A DNA stretch of 64,000 nt from Eledone cirrhosa (Eukaryota). Positions within the stretch are counted from its first letter, which is position 1. Each line of letters begins with the position of its first letter. The notes beneath the pieces were generated by a model. It was not told the DNA's origin, did no database searches, and saw only the letters and a list, made by a program, of their open reading frames with translations. Below, piece by piece: positions 52,306 to 64,000 of the stretch. The stretch lies in contig OZ024741.1 of NCBI GenBank assembly GCA_964016885.1, positions 373,240,001 to 373,304,000 on the forward strand, read 5' to 3'. The position numbers and the translations under genes are program-made.

Positions 52306-54013
52306 TCCTTTATACCTTTTTCTCACTTCCTCTCTCCTTAACTCTCTCTCCTTTTCCATCAGGTATAAAATGTCCAAGATGTATGTCACTATAGCACCCC
52401 CAATTCTTCTGTATTTCTTTCTCCCCTCTTTCTCTCTCTCATTCTCTGGATGATATTGGCTGTGTTCAGACCCGACGAGGTGATGGGCAGCCCTAGCTAT
52501 AAAATGCCTAAGACATACACTACTACAGCACTCCTATGATTCCACCAGCAGTTATAGGTCCATACAAACAAACTTTAAAAAAAAATTTCTATAATTAAAT
52601 GACAGATTTGCTAGATTGAATGCTATTTTTTTGAAAAATTAGAAAGAACAAAATAATCAAAATATAATATATTATTTCTTTTAATTAATTCTAAAAATAA
52701 CACATATAATAGATGCTGTCTGCAGGTGAGAGTCATGAACACTATAAACATTATATCACAGAACTTATTCACATCTTTTGTTAATGTCAATAAGAGATTT
52801 TCTTTTTGTTTCCATTGTTGTTTTTTTCTATCACTGAACAAAAAAAGGCAATCAACTTTGATAGTGTAAATTCCTGTATATCACTTCTGCTTCTGATAGA
52901 TTTGACTAAACTTCTCTTGTGTATGATTGATACCAATGAGTGCAGCATAGCAAAATAGTTGAAAAGTTAGTTTTGCAATTAGGTAACGAGTTAAGTCCCA
53001 TCTTAGCATCATGGGTAAGTGTAATTAACCATATATTGTTGGGTTGACCCAACAATGAGTGAAATTAGGTAGATAGAAACTGTTTGGGAGCTAATTGGAT
53101 AGTATGTACTTGTAATTCAAAAGGCCAACACACACTGTGTTATGCTGAATGTCCTTGAGAATTTACATTAAAGGTACATGTATATATGGAATGCTCAGCC
53201 ACATACATTTTAAGTTCATAAGCAGGCTGTTCCATTAATCAAAAAACTGGAACACTCATTGTCAAAATCAATGAGGAGGTGGGAGGGGGCTTCCATTGAT
53301 ATTAATGATGGAAATGAAGAATATACTGGGCTGGTGAAGGAATGGTGTTACAGATTTCTCAACCTCAGGTTAATGGATCTTAACATACCCCTAGGTCATA
53401 AAATCCATTTCCACCACTTTCAAGGAAACAAACAAATCTGCTCACTTTATTCTAAGTCAACACAATTTTAATCATAACTGAAAGGATTATAGAGGACATT
53501 AGCATTTTACAACCTCATTTCCATTCAACAATAAATCTGACAGTTTGGGAATCTTTAACACTAAATATTGTAGTGTTTTGGTAGAGTGATTTTCGTCAAA
53601 TTATCGTCATTTTACATCCATTTTCTATGCTGTCATGGGGTGGACCATTAGTTTCAGTGCAAGACAAAACAGGTCAGATAAAAATATTTTTCTCATACAT
53701 TCTAGATTTTGGCATAATTTCTATGTCTATAAACCCTTCCTGGTGCAAACAACTTTACAGAGTGTACTAGGTGTATTTTATCATGGCACCAGAGCTAGAT
53801 ATGTTGTCATATGCTCAGTAAAACTGAAGAGTTCTCTCTAACCTATAAAGTCCCCATTTGATTGACAACCACTTTACAGAATTACCAGGTACATTTTATT
53901 GAGGCACCAACATGAGAAAGGCTGTCAAATTCTCAACAAGAACAAAGTGTCTTCTCTACCCAACATTGTGTTGAATTGTTATATATTTTACAAACCTTCA
54001 TTGTTAATATCTA

Positions 54014-54179
54014 CCATATTTCCTGGCGCCAAAGATGCTTCATCCTCAAAGACACACCCTAATTTTGACAACCAAAAATTTGAAAAAAATAATAAACAAC
54101 CTTCGGCCTTCAGAACGCATGGTAGATTTTTTAGACTTATTTTAGGAAAAAGTAGCATCTTCAATGCAGGGAAATATGG
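54014..54179. mobile_element. Tc1/pogo-type MITE
   Basis: TA-CCATATTTCC..AAGATGCT / AGCATCTT..GGAAATATGG-TA TIRs. Confidence 0.72.
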
Positions 54180-54319
54180 TAATTCTTTATTTTGTATTTT
54201 TTAATAAAGGTTCTATCCACTCTAACTAGTTGGCAAGTTTATTGTGCCAGTGTGGTACTGAATTCAGTTGAATTCTTTGATACAAAGAATAAAAACTTCA
54301 GAAATGTTTGAAAAATCTA

Positions 54320-54460
54320 GATGAGCATCTGTTTTTCCATGCTTGCATGGGTTGGATAGGTCCTTTTCAGCACAACATCTCTCCACACATCATGTTCCTT
54401 CATCATGTCCTCTGTGAGTCTTAGCAACTTGAGATCATCTCTCACCACCTCTGACCAGTG
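54320..54460 (-). mobile_element. Old RTE 3' fragment
   Basis: Minus strand WSEVVRDDLKLLRLTEDM followed by the CCATGCAAGCATGGAAAA tail. Confidence 0.6.
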
Positions 54461-54811
54461 GTGGTGAAAGCTGATCTTCTTCTATTGCAGCTTCCCCCCA
54501 GGCACTTCTCCACTCAGCAATTATCATTGTACATAAAAAGGAAATGATTTAAACAGACTATTATTGTTTATAGAAGGCCTTGTGGTTAGGGTTTTCAGCT
54601 CAGAATAGTAAGGTCAGGAGTTCCATTGCCAGAATGGGCATTTCATTGTCTTTAAGCAAAACAATAAAACAATTTATTTTGTGTTGTTCTCACCAAAACA
54701 GGTTGAAAATTGTGAGTCACAGAAAGTGTAGTAGTCTCTGCTATAGACCATCATTCAAGAACATCAGGAATTGTTCTTTAAGAAGTCTAATGAATGAAAA
54801 TGTATCTTTGT

Positions 54812-55078
54812 TAACATCTTTATTACCATATTTCTAATGAAAAATACTGCCTATGGTTTTTAAGTAATTTTGAAAATAATCAAGAATTTGGAGAGATTTA
54901 GTAATATAACTAACTTTTTCATTATTAAGCTGGTGTTTGGAGCCTAACCTAACAAAGGTTCTTACATAAAAATTATGTTGGAAGGTTTTTCTTAGATTAA
55001 TATAATCACATTAAAATAAGCTGTTTGGTATTGTAGGATCAGTGGTGATTTGAAACGATTTGGTATCAAAAGAGTTAA
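54812..55078. mobile_element. TTAA-flanked (piggyBac-type) MITE, degenerate
   Basis: TTAACATCTTTATTACC ... GGTATCAAAAGAGTTAA; same right end at 8787-8803. Confidence 0.5.
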
Positions 55079-55696
55079 GGCATGAGAAGATCTTAGATAA
55101 ACAAAATCAAAGTAACAACAAGCAATGATAATCAAATAACTTCCAATGCTTGTTTCTAGTCACGCTCTCACCATTCCTGAGAAGTGGCAGAATTCTATAG
55201 ATTGTATACAACCTGTAGCTGTTGATGTTCTTTTTAACTAGGTCAAAATCATGATCTTCTAGCTTTGGTACATATACTTTCTATAACTTGAGATTATAAT
55301 CACAAAATTGGTTTACAGTAATTACTGAATGTATTTTCAGCAGATAAAGAATTAATTCATTTATATGCGCTGGCTTATGTAATAATCGCATTCTCTGAGA
55401 TAATTTTGCGAAGGACTTTTGAAGTATTAGTGAGTCACCTTAGGAATGGGGAAGACTTCGTACCTAAATATCAAGTACATTAATATCAGGTTTTTTCAAT
55501 GCTCAGCCTCCCCTCTCTCTGTCTATCTATTTATCTCTCTATCCTTCTTTTTTCCTACTAAAGCATGACAAAGAAATTAAGTGGTTAAAGCTGGAAATCC
55601 CATAGTTTCAGATAATGACATATGAGCAATGGGAAATAGAATGTTTAGAATTAAATTATATTTATTTCCAACTGCCCATACATTATATGAGAATTG

Positions 55697-57743
55697 TGAT
55701 ACTCTTAAATGCTTCATGTCTTTATGTTTAGCTATAGCTAAATTCAGAGTATACACAAAGATATGAAGACGGGTAAGGTGGCTGGGCCTTCGGAAATAGT
55801 TGCTGAAATGCTGAAAGCATCTGGAATGGTGGGACACACTATGGTCACCCGGATAGTAAACCAAGTCATACAGAATGGGATCGTTCCGAAGGACTGGCGT
55901 AGCAGCATCATCATTAACTGCTACAAGGGTAAAGGAGATGCCCTAGATAGGGGTAACTATAGAGGAATTAAATTAATCGACCAGGTGATGAAGGTCACAG
56001 AAAAAGTAATAGCGCAACTAATCAGAGAGCGAATTGATCTAGATGAAATGCAGTTCGGGTTTGTGTCAGGCAAAAGTACCTCAGACGCTCTTTTCATTGT
56101 ACGACAACTACAGGAGAAGTACCTAGCTAAAAGTAAACCCCTATACTTAGCTTTTGTTGACTTGGAGAAAGCGTTTGACAGAGTCCCCCGCTCCATTATC
56201 TGGTGGGCTCTTAGAAAACTAGGTGTTGATGAATGGCTTGTGAGAGCTATACAAGCCATGTATAAAGAAACAGTCAGCAAGGTTAGAATTAACAACAAAT
56301 ATAGTGAAGAGTTTAGCGTAAAGGTTGGTGTTCATCAGGGCTCCGTCCTTAGACCCTCCTATTTATTATTGCCCTTCAGGCTATAAGAGAGAAGTTCAAG
56401 ACTGGCTGCCCATAGGAACTCCTATACGCAGATGATCTAACGCTCATAGCTGAATCAATGGCTGAACTAGAGAAGAAATTCCAAATATGGAAGCATGGCC
56501 TAGAATCAAAAGGCCTTAAAATTAACCTGTCTAAGACTAAAGTTCTAGTTTGTAGGAAGGAAAATAGGGCACCAATCCCATCTTGGAAATGGCCATGCTC
56601 AGTGTGTAGGAAAGGAGTAGGCAGAAACTCCATTCTATGTCCTAAATGCAAAGTATGGGTGCATAAAAGATGTAGTGGGATCACAGGTAAGCTAATTAAG
56701 AATATAGATTTTATATGTGGCCGGTGCTCAGGTGCAATAAGTAGCAGCAAGTGCCCACAGAATACTAGCTCATTCCATTGCACAGATGGTTCTATAGAAA
56801 TAGTGGACACCTTCCGTTACCTGGGTGACAAAATCAGCAGTGGTGGCTGAAAGTACAGTAGCTAGAGTCAGAACGGGATGGAAAAAATTCAGAGAGCTTA
56901 TACCACTATTGGCCGCTAAAGGGTTCTCTCTAAAAATGAAAAGCAGGCTATATGATGCCTGCATACGAACAGTAATGTTACATGACAGTGAGACTTGGGC
57001 ATTGTGTGCAGAGGATATACGCAGACTGGAGAGGAACGAAGCTTGCATGCTCCGTGGGATGTGTAATAGTAATATACGTGAACGGCAAAACATGAATGAA
57101 CTAAGGGAGAAATTAGGAATAAGAGGGATCCGATGTTGTTTACTCGAGAGAAGACTACGTTCGTATGGTCACGTGATGCACATGAAAGACGACAGCTGTA
57201 TAAAAAAAGTGCAGGGCGATAAAAATAGATGGTAGCCACGGCGTTAGCAAACCCCAAAAAACCTGGGACGACTTGATAAATTCCGACTTCACACACTTAC
57301 ACCTCTTCAAGACAATGTCACTGGACCGAGATCTTTGGCGCTACACAGTAATACAGAAGACCCGCCTTGCCTAAGTACAAAGCAAAACCTACAGTCTGTA
57401 GGCACCTCTAACAAAAATACACCCGCATCCCACTACACCCACCCCATCCACACCACCCCTTCCACTGTAATGTTATGTTGGTACCACAACATCCGGTCCG
57501 AAATAAATGAGGTCGTGTAGGTGTCACGACAAAAAAAAAAGCACACAGTCCACGCTGTAATGTGGCCGTGTAAGTAACACGATAAAAACCTCCCAGTCCA
57601 CACTGTAAACGTGGTTGGTGTTAGGAAGGGCATCCAGCTGTAGAAAACCCGCAAGACAACCAATCTTGCCTCAAGTGGGAAAATTCCTTTCCAAACCCAT
57701 GCAAGCATGGAAGATGGACGTTAAACGATGATGATGATGATGA
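55697..57743 (+). mobile_element. RTE family D copy (subfamily D2), decayed
   Basis: Homologous to 43838-45970 with stops and frameshifts. Confidence 0.92.
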
Positions 57744-57797
57744 TTTATATGATATTAAAAATATTTAAACACTTTCACATTATTAGATATATGCACA

Positions 57798-58143
57798 TGG
57801 AGGCACATGGCTTAGTGGTTAGAGCATTGGCCTTGCAATCGAAAGGTTGTGAGTTCAATTCTCAGACCGGGTGATGTGTTGTTTCCTTGAGCAAGACACT
57901 TTATTTCACATTGCTCCAGTTTACTCAGCTGTAGAAATGAGATGATAGGGACTGGGGTCCCTATCATTCCACTGCAAAGTGGTCGTGGAGGTGCCACGGC
58001 AAAAAAGCACCCAGCACTCACTGTAAATGAGGTAGGTGTTAGGAAGGGCATCCAGCTGTAGAAATCAAGCCAAAATCAGTTCCCGTCCCACCCTTGCAAG
58101 CAGGGAAAAGCGGACGTAAAATGAAATGATGATGATGATGATG
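57798..58143 (+). mobile_element. tRNA-derived SINE (same family as 4641)
   Basis: Full-length match, (GAT)n tail. Confidence 0.92.
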
Positions 58144-58406
58144 CCTAGGGGACATGATAAATTAATTCAATTTAATACAATGGAATGTACTAAATTTATA
58201 GAAATAGAAAATTCCATTCATGGGATATAACCCATACATCCCTTCCAAACAACAAACAATAACATATTTTTTTAAATGATGCTGTGATAAATTTGAAAGA
58301 GATGATAATCTGAGTTAGACAAACCTAGAATTGCTGATTAACTTATAATATGCAATTCATGTTGTGAAACTAAAAGTAGCAATCTAATTGCCACCAAATG
58401 TACTGT

Positions 58407-58447
<41 letters not shown>

Positions 58448-58634
58448 CAATTTAGCTCCAGGCATTGTTGTATACAGATATGTATTGGAATTTCGCATTT
58501 CAGATGCATTAGTTGTTGGTGTCTTGGCATAGCTATGGCTTTCTAAATGTTTATTTTAAATATCCTGTATTTCTTCTGAAATACGAAATTCCAATACATA
58601 TATGTATGCATGTATGTATGTAAGTATGTATGTG

Positions 58635-58737
<103 letters not shown>

Positions 58738-59226
58738 TTATATATATATATATTTGTGTGTATATATATGTATGTATATGTATATGTATGTATGTATGTA
58801 TATATATATGTGTGTATGTATATGTATGTGTATATATATATATATATGTGTATGTATATGTGTGTATATATATATGTATGTATATGTATATATATATGTA
58901 TGTATATATATATATGTATATGTATATATATGTATGTATATATATATATATATGCATGTATATATATGTATATGCATGTATATATATGTATATGCATGTA
59001 TATGTGTGTATGTGTGTGTATGTATGTATATATACATGTGTGTGTATATATATATGTATATGTATATATTTATATATGTATGTATATATATGTATGTGTA
59101 TGTATATGTATCTATGTGTGTGTATATATCATCATCATCTTCGTTTAACGTCCATTTTCCATGCTAGCATGGGTATGTATGTATATATATATATGTATAT
59201 ATATGTATGTATATATATATATGTAT

Positions 59227-60767
59227 TATCATCATCATCATCGTTTAACGTCTATCTTCCACGCTTGCATGGGTTTGGACGGGAGTTTTCCCACTTGAGG
59301 CAAGATTGGCTGTCTTGCTCGTATAGGACTGTCTGGCGGGTTTTCTACGACTGGATGCCCTTCCTAACACCAACCACATTTACAGTGTGGACTGGGAGGT
59401 TTTTACCGTGTTACCTACACGGCCACATTACAGCGCGGACTGTGTTTTTTTGTCGTGACACAACTACACGACCTCATTTGTTTCGGACTGAATGTTGTGG
59501 TACCAACATAACTTTACATCGGAAGGGGGTGGTGTGGATGGGGTGAGGGTAGTGGGACGTGGGTGTATTTTTGTTAAGGGGTGCCTACTGACTGTAGGTT
59601 TCGCTTCGTACTTAGGCAAGGCGGGTCTTCTGTATTACTGTGTAGCGCCAAAGATCTCGGTCCAGTGACATTGTCTTGGAGAGGTGTAAGTGTGTGAGGT
59701 CGGAATTTATCAAATCGTCCTAGGCTTTTCTGGGTCTGCTAACTCTGTGGCTACCGTCTATTTTTATCGCCCTGCACTTTTTTTATACAGCTGTCATCTT
59801 TCATGCGCATCACGTGACCATACCAACGTAGTCTTCTCTTGAGTAAACAACATCTGATCCCTCTTATTCCTAATTTCTCCCTTAGTTCATTCATGCTTTG
59901 CCGTTCACGTATATTACTATTACACATCCCACGGAGCATGCAAGCTTCGTTCCTCTCCAGTCTGCGTATATCCTCTGCACACAATGCCCAAGTCTCACTG
60001 CCATGTAACATTGCTGTTCGTATGCAGGCATCATACAGCCTGCCTTTCATTTTTAGAGAGAAATCTTTAGCGGCCAATAGTGGTATAAGCTCTCTGAACT
60101 TTTTCCATCCCGTTCTGACTCTAGCTACTGTACTTTCAGAGCACCCTCCACCACTGCTGATTTTGTCACCCAGGTAACGGAAGGTGTCCACTATTTCTAT
60201 AGAACCATCTGTGCAATGGAATGAGCTAGTATTCTGTGGGCACTTGCTGCTACTTATTGCATCTGAGCACCGGCCACATATAAAATCTATATTCTTAATT
60301 AGCTTACCTGTGATCCCACTACATCTTTTATGCACCAATACTTTGCATTTGGGACATAGAATGGAGTTTCTACCTACTCCTTTTCTACACACTGAGCATG
60401 GCCATTTCCCAGATGGGACCAGAGCCCTATTTTCCTACCTACAAACTAGAACTTTTAGTCTTAGACGTGTTCATTTTAAGGCCCTTTGATTCTAGGCCAT
60501 GCTTCCATGTTTGGAATTTCTTCTCTCGTTCAGCCATTGATTTAGCTATGAGCGTTAGATCATCTGCGATTAGGAGTTCCCATGGGGAGCCGGTCTTGAA
60601 CTCCTCTGTTATAGCCTGAAGGGCAAATAATAAATAGGAGGGGGCTAAGGACGGAGCCCTGATGAACACCAACTTTTACGCTAAACTCTTCACTATATTC
60701 GTTGTTAATTCTAACCTTGCTGATTGTTCCTTTATACATGGCTTGTATAGCTCTCACAAGCCATTCA
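59227..60767 (-). mobile_element. RTE family D copy (subfamily D2), decayed
   Basis: Reverse-complement homologue of 56230-57743; flanked by (TA)nTG arrays. Confidence 0.92.
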
Positions 60768-61132
60768 TCATGTATTTATATATAAATATACATATATATG
60801 TATGTATATATATATGTGTGTGTGTGTGTGTATGTATATCTATATATGTGTATGTATATATGTATAGTTATGTATGTATGTGTGTATATATATATGTATA
60901 TATATGTATGTGTGTATATGTGTATATATATGTATGTATATATATATATGTATGTATATATGTACATATGTGTATGTGTATATATATGTATGTATATATG
61001 TGTGTGTATGTGTGTGTATGTATGTGTGTGTGTGTAAATATGTATGTATATGTATGTATATATGTATATATATGTATGTATATGTGTATATGTGTGTATA
61101 TATATGTATCCGTGCGTATATATATATATACA

Positions 61133-61850
61133 TAGATATTGATTTTGAAACATCAGCTGCACTGGACAGGCCAATATGTAAGGGTGAAGGACAAGTGGAT
61201 GCCGAAGCAGCTGCTTTATGGCGAGCTCCGAATGGGAAAAAGGAACGCGAGCAAACCCAAGATGCGTTTTAAGGACTGCATCAAGGGGGCGCTCAAGAAA
61301 AGTAACATCCCTTGTGAGCACTGGGAAGCATGCGCTAGCGACCGATCGCATTGGAGGAAAGCAGTGGCTGGTGGCAAGAGTCTATTTGAGGAAACAAGAA
61401 GAAGGCACGCGACACTAAAAAGAGATGTCCGGAAAGGAATCCATGTTGGCCTTCTTGAAGGCACTGACAGACGGCCTGACCTGACATGTGAGACCTGTAA
61501 TAGGGTGTGTCTGAGCATCGCAGATCTAAAGAGTCACCTGAGAGTGCACAAGAACAAGGAAGCAGGCACCTGTGGAGCTATAAGTGTTCATCAGACGACG
61601 ACATGTAATGTTTGTGGAAGGGTATGCAGGTCGAGTAGTGATCTCACATGACACCTTGGGTCACATGGTACCATGGGCCCAGCACTAGGTGTCAATAATT
61701 GTCACAAGTGTCGTGTTTGTACCAGAGTTTTCAAGTGGCTGGCTGGACTAAAAAGCCACACTCGTTCAGCGCATCAGTAGGGGTTCTCCTACATGGATAT
61801 AAGGTAGTGGCCGTACTCGAAAACGAGTTGGCAGCCACCATGTATGTATG
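61133..61850 (+). mobile_element. RTE/BovB-like LINE family B 3' fragment (C2H2 fingers + 3' end)
   Basis: QLHWTG, PKQLLYGEL, CETC..HLRVH, CNVC, CRVC..; 3' GGCCGTACTCGAAAACGAGTTGGCAGCCACC(ATGT)n. Confidence 0.9.
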
Positions 61851-62203
61851 TAGGAGAAGGAAAACTGATATAACACCTGCAACCCTGATGGTATCCAATG
61901 ATGTTGACTTGTTCTTCTTTTTGGTAAATATCATCTTGGTTAAGAGAGTGGCACTGGCTTTGTGCAGTGCCTTTGCTCACTATAAAAGCTTCACGGCACA
62001 GGCATTGCTTTATATCTGGAGATCTCTCTGCACTTGTCGTCACATGGTACCATGGGCCCAGCACTATGTGTCAGTAATTGTCACAGGTGTAGTGTTTGTA
62101 TCAGAGTTTTCAAGTCGGTGGTTGGACTAAAACGTCACACTCGTTCAGCGCATCGGTAGGGGTTCTCCTACATGGATATAGGGCAGTGGCCGTACTCGAA
62201 AAC
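61851..62203 (+). mobile_element. Bipartite non-autonomous RTE derivative directly after the family B tail
   Basis: Starts TAGGAGAAGGAAAACTG; matches the reverse complement of 30012-30365. Confidence 0.88.
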
Positions 62204-62695
62204 ATACAGCATTTCTTGGACATTTTAAGCCTGGCAGAGCCCATCCCTCTCCAGGCCTGAGTGCAGCAGATTTCTTCCAGAGAAAGGAAATGAGAAAGAG
62301 ATATAGAGAAAGAATCGACCCCAGTACTAAACTGGTATTTTTTTTTAATCATCTTCAAAAGGATGAACTCAGAGAGCCGGAACAAATACCATAATGTATT
62401 CTATCCGACGTTCTAACGGTTCTGCCAATTTGCCACCTATATATGTGTGTGTGGGTTGGGGGGGGGGGGGTTCAAAATGTAAGGAGAAATAACAAAGCAT
62501 GTAACACAATATGATGAAAAAATATATTAGTTTAATGCTTGATATAGTAAGAAAGGAGTCTTTTTGTTTTGGACATTAGTTTTTCATCAGAAGATAGAAT
62601 GAGAAATAGAAAGATAGAATGAGAAGAAGAAGGAATGGAAACAAATTTGAGAAAAATCACATGTACGTATTCAGTCAGCCATTTTAGAAGAAAAA

Positions 62696-62729
<34 letters not shown>

Positions 62730-63206
62730 TTTCACCCTTTATAGATTGTTCTCTCTTACTTATTTCTGTTAATAAACGTTGTAGTGTATGTGTAAGAATT
62801 CTAATTTTTTCAATATAGCAAGGGGCCTCACCTGGGTTCATTATTTACAGCAAGAAATAACTCCATAAATCAAAGTATAACTGACTTAACTATTTATTTA
62901 TTATTTTATTTAATCAATTTAAATGTTCATGGAGAGCTGATAAGCTATGACACACTGAGAAAAGGTATCTAATCCCAATTATAATTAATAAGAAAGAGAG
63001 AGAGAGGTTGTAAAGAGTCAATAAAATTACGAAAAAGGTGAAAAACAAGGACAGTTGAAGAGGTGTTAAATGTTTCAGTTGTTGAATCATTTTGTAGCCG
63101 CCATTTTTATGAAAATTTTATTTATGGCTTGTAGATCTTTGACAGTATATTGTATCTTTAATCTTGGTTGTTTTTTGTTTTTTTTTGTAACGACTAGTTT
63201 TAAAAT

Positions 63207-63242
<36 letters not shown>

Positions 63243-63384
63243 ACTAATATTAAACATTATTAGACATCATAATTAGAGATTTGTGACAATAAATATAAAC
63301 AAGACCACCAACACTCTAAATATCTAACTATTTTATGTCAGGTGAATACATCACCGATTAGATTAAAGAGTGTTGACTTTCTTT

Positions 63385-64000
63385 AATTAGATATTTAAAT
63401 CCATTTAAAAATATATTAACCATTATAATATTGCAACCACTGGCTCCATCACTGCTACACTAACCACCACCACTAACTAGCACCACCAACACTATAACTT
63501 TCTCAAATTAAATACTTAAATCTATATAAAAAATATATTTATCATTATAATACTGCTACTACTAGTTACATCACTACTACATTAACAATTGCCACTACCA
63601 CCACCACTACAACATTCTCAAATTAGATACTTAAATCTCTATAAAAAATATATTTGCTATTGTAATATTTCTACCACCACTAGCACCACCACCAACACTT
63701 TCTCATATTAGATACTTAACACTTTAGCATTTTTATTACTCTATATTTACTATTATATTTTCACGGTAAAGGCTTTTCCTTTCACGGTAAAGGCTTTACC
63801 TCGAATCTATGAGATTTTGATATGATTTATTTTGAGAACAATACCTTAACATCAGTATGAGTGGCTGGTTACAGCCAATTTGAACAGAAAGAGATGAGAG
63901 AATCCTGGCCAGATATAGCTGGTTTAAATGCTAAAGAGTTAAATTTATATAAAATATATATTTACCAATATAATATTGTTACCACTAGCACCATCACTTC
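63385..64000. repeat. Diverged ~85-120-bp tandem repeat (about 4 units)
   Basis: ATTAGATACTTAAATC..TAAAAATATATT..ATTATAATA..ACCAC recurs at ~63387, 63507, 63622 and 63707. Confidence 0.75.
63720..63938. mobile_element. TTAA-specific (piggyBac-type) MITE inserted in the tandem repeat
   Basis: TTAA-CACTTTAGCATTT ... AAATGCTAAAGAG-TTAA; sister repeat units show a single TTAA (empty site). Confidence 0.8.

Noticed and set aside
61699-62130. Recurring 60-140 aa ORFs (MVSNDVDL.., MLGPWYHV.., MPFLTPT..) suggesting a small gene family
   Set aside because: They recur only because they lie in repeated non-autonomous elements or SINEs; the stops vary between copies.

Overview
Eukaryotic, AT-rich, repeat-dominated window with no recognisable host protein-coding gene. 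The repeat families and the huge (TA)n/(TATAC)/(TATG) compound microsatellites suggest a coleoid cephalopod, probably an octopus (inference). Contents: one apparently intact RTE/BovB-type LINE (1181 aa, APE + RT + three C2H2 fingers); five copies of a bipartite non-autonomous derivative of a sister RTE family; several RTE-type LINEs with a C4HC3 PHD-like finger inserted inside the RT region; CR1/Jockey-group LINE copies; a degenerate R4/Dong-type RLE retrotransposon; a Penelope-like element (RT + GIY-YIG); tRNA-derived SINEs; a non-autonomous Helitron; and several MITEs. Most notable: (i) a non-coding ~527-nt tandem/inverted repeat with three type I hammerhead ribozyme motifs (retrozyme/PLE-like), plus further hammerhead motifs; (ii) a covarying array of pseudoknot + CUGUAAA-hairpin modules in RTE 3' UTRs, shared with a SINE that is a chimera of two LINE families; (iii) the PHD-in-RT architecture; (iv) a G_GGA_AAC -1 slippery site at a CR1-like ORF1/ORF2 junction; (v) a family-specific orientation rule between LINEs and flanking microsatellites. 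The YI/IY/CV/HT-rich ORFs are microsatellite artefacts. RNA structures were derived by eye and nothing was searched against databases.
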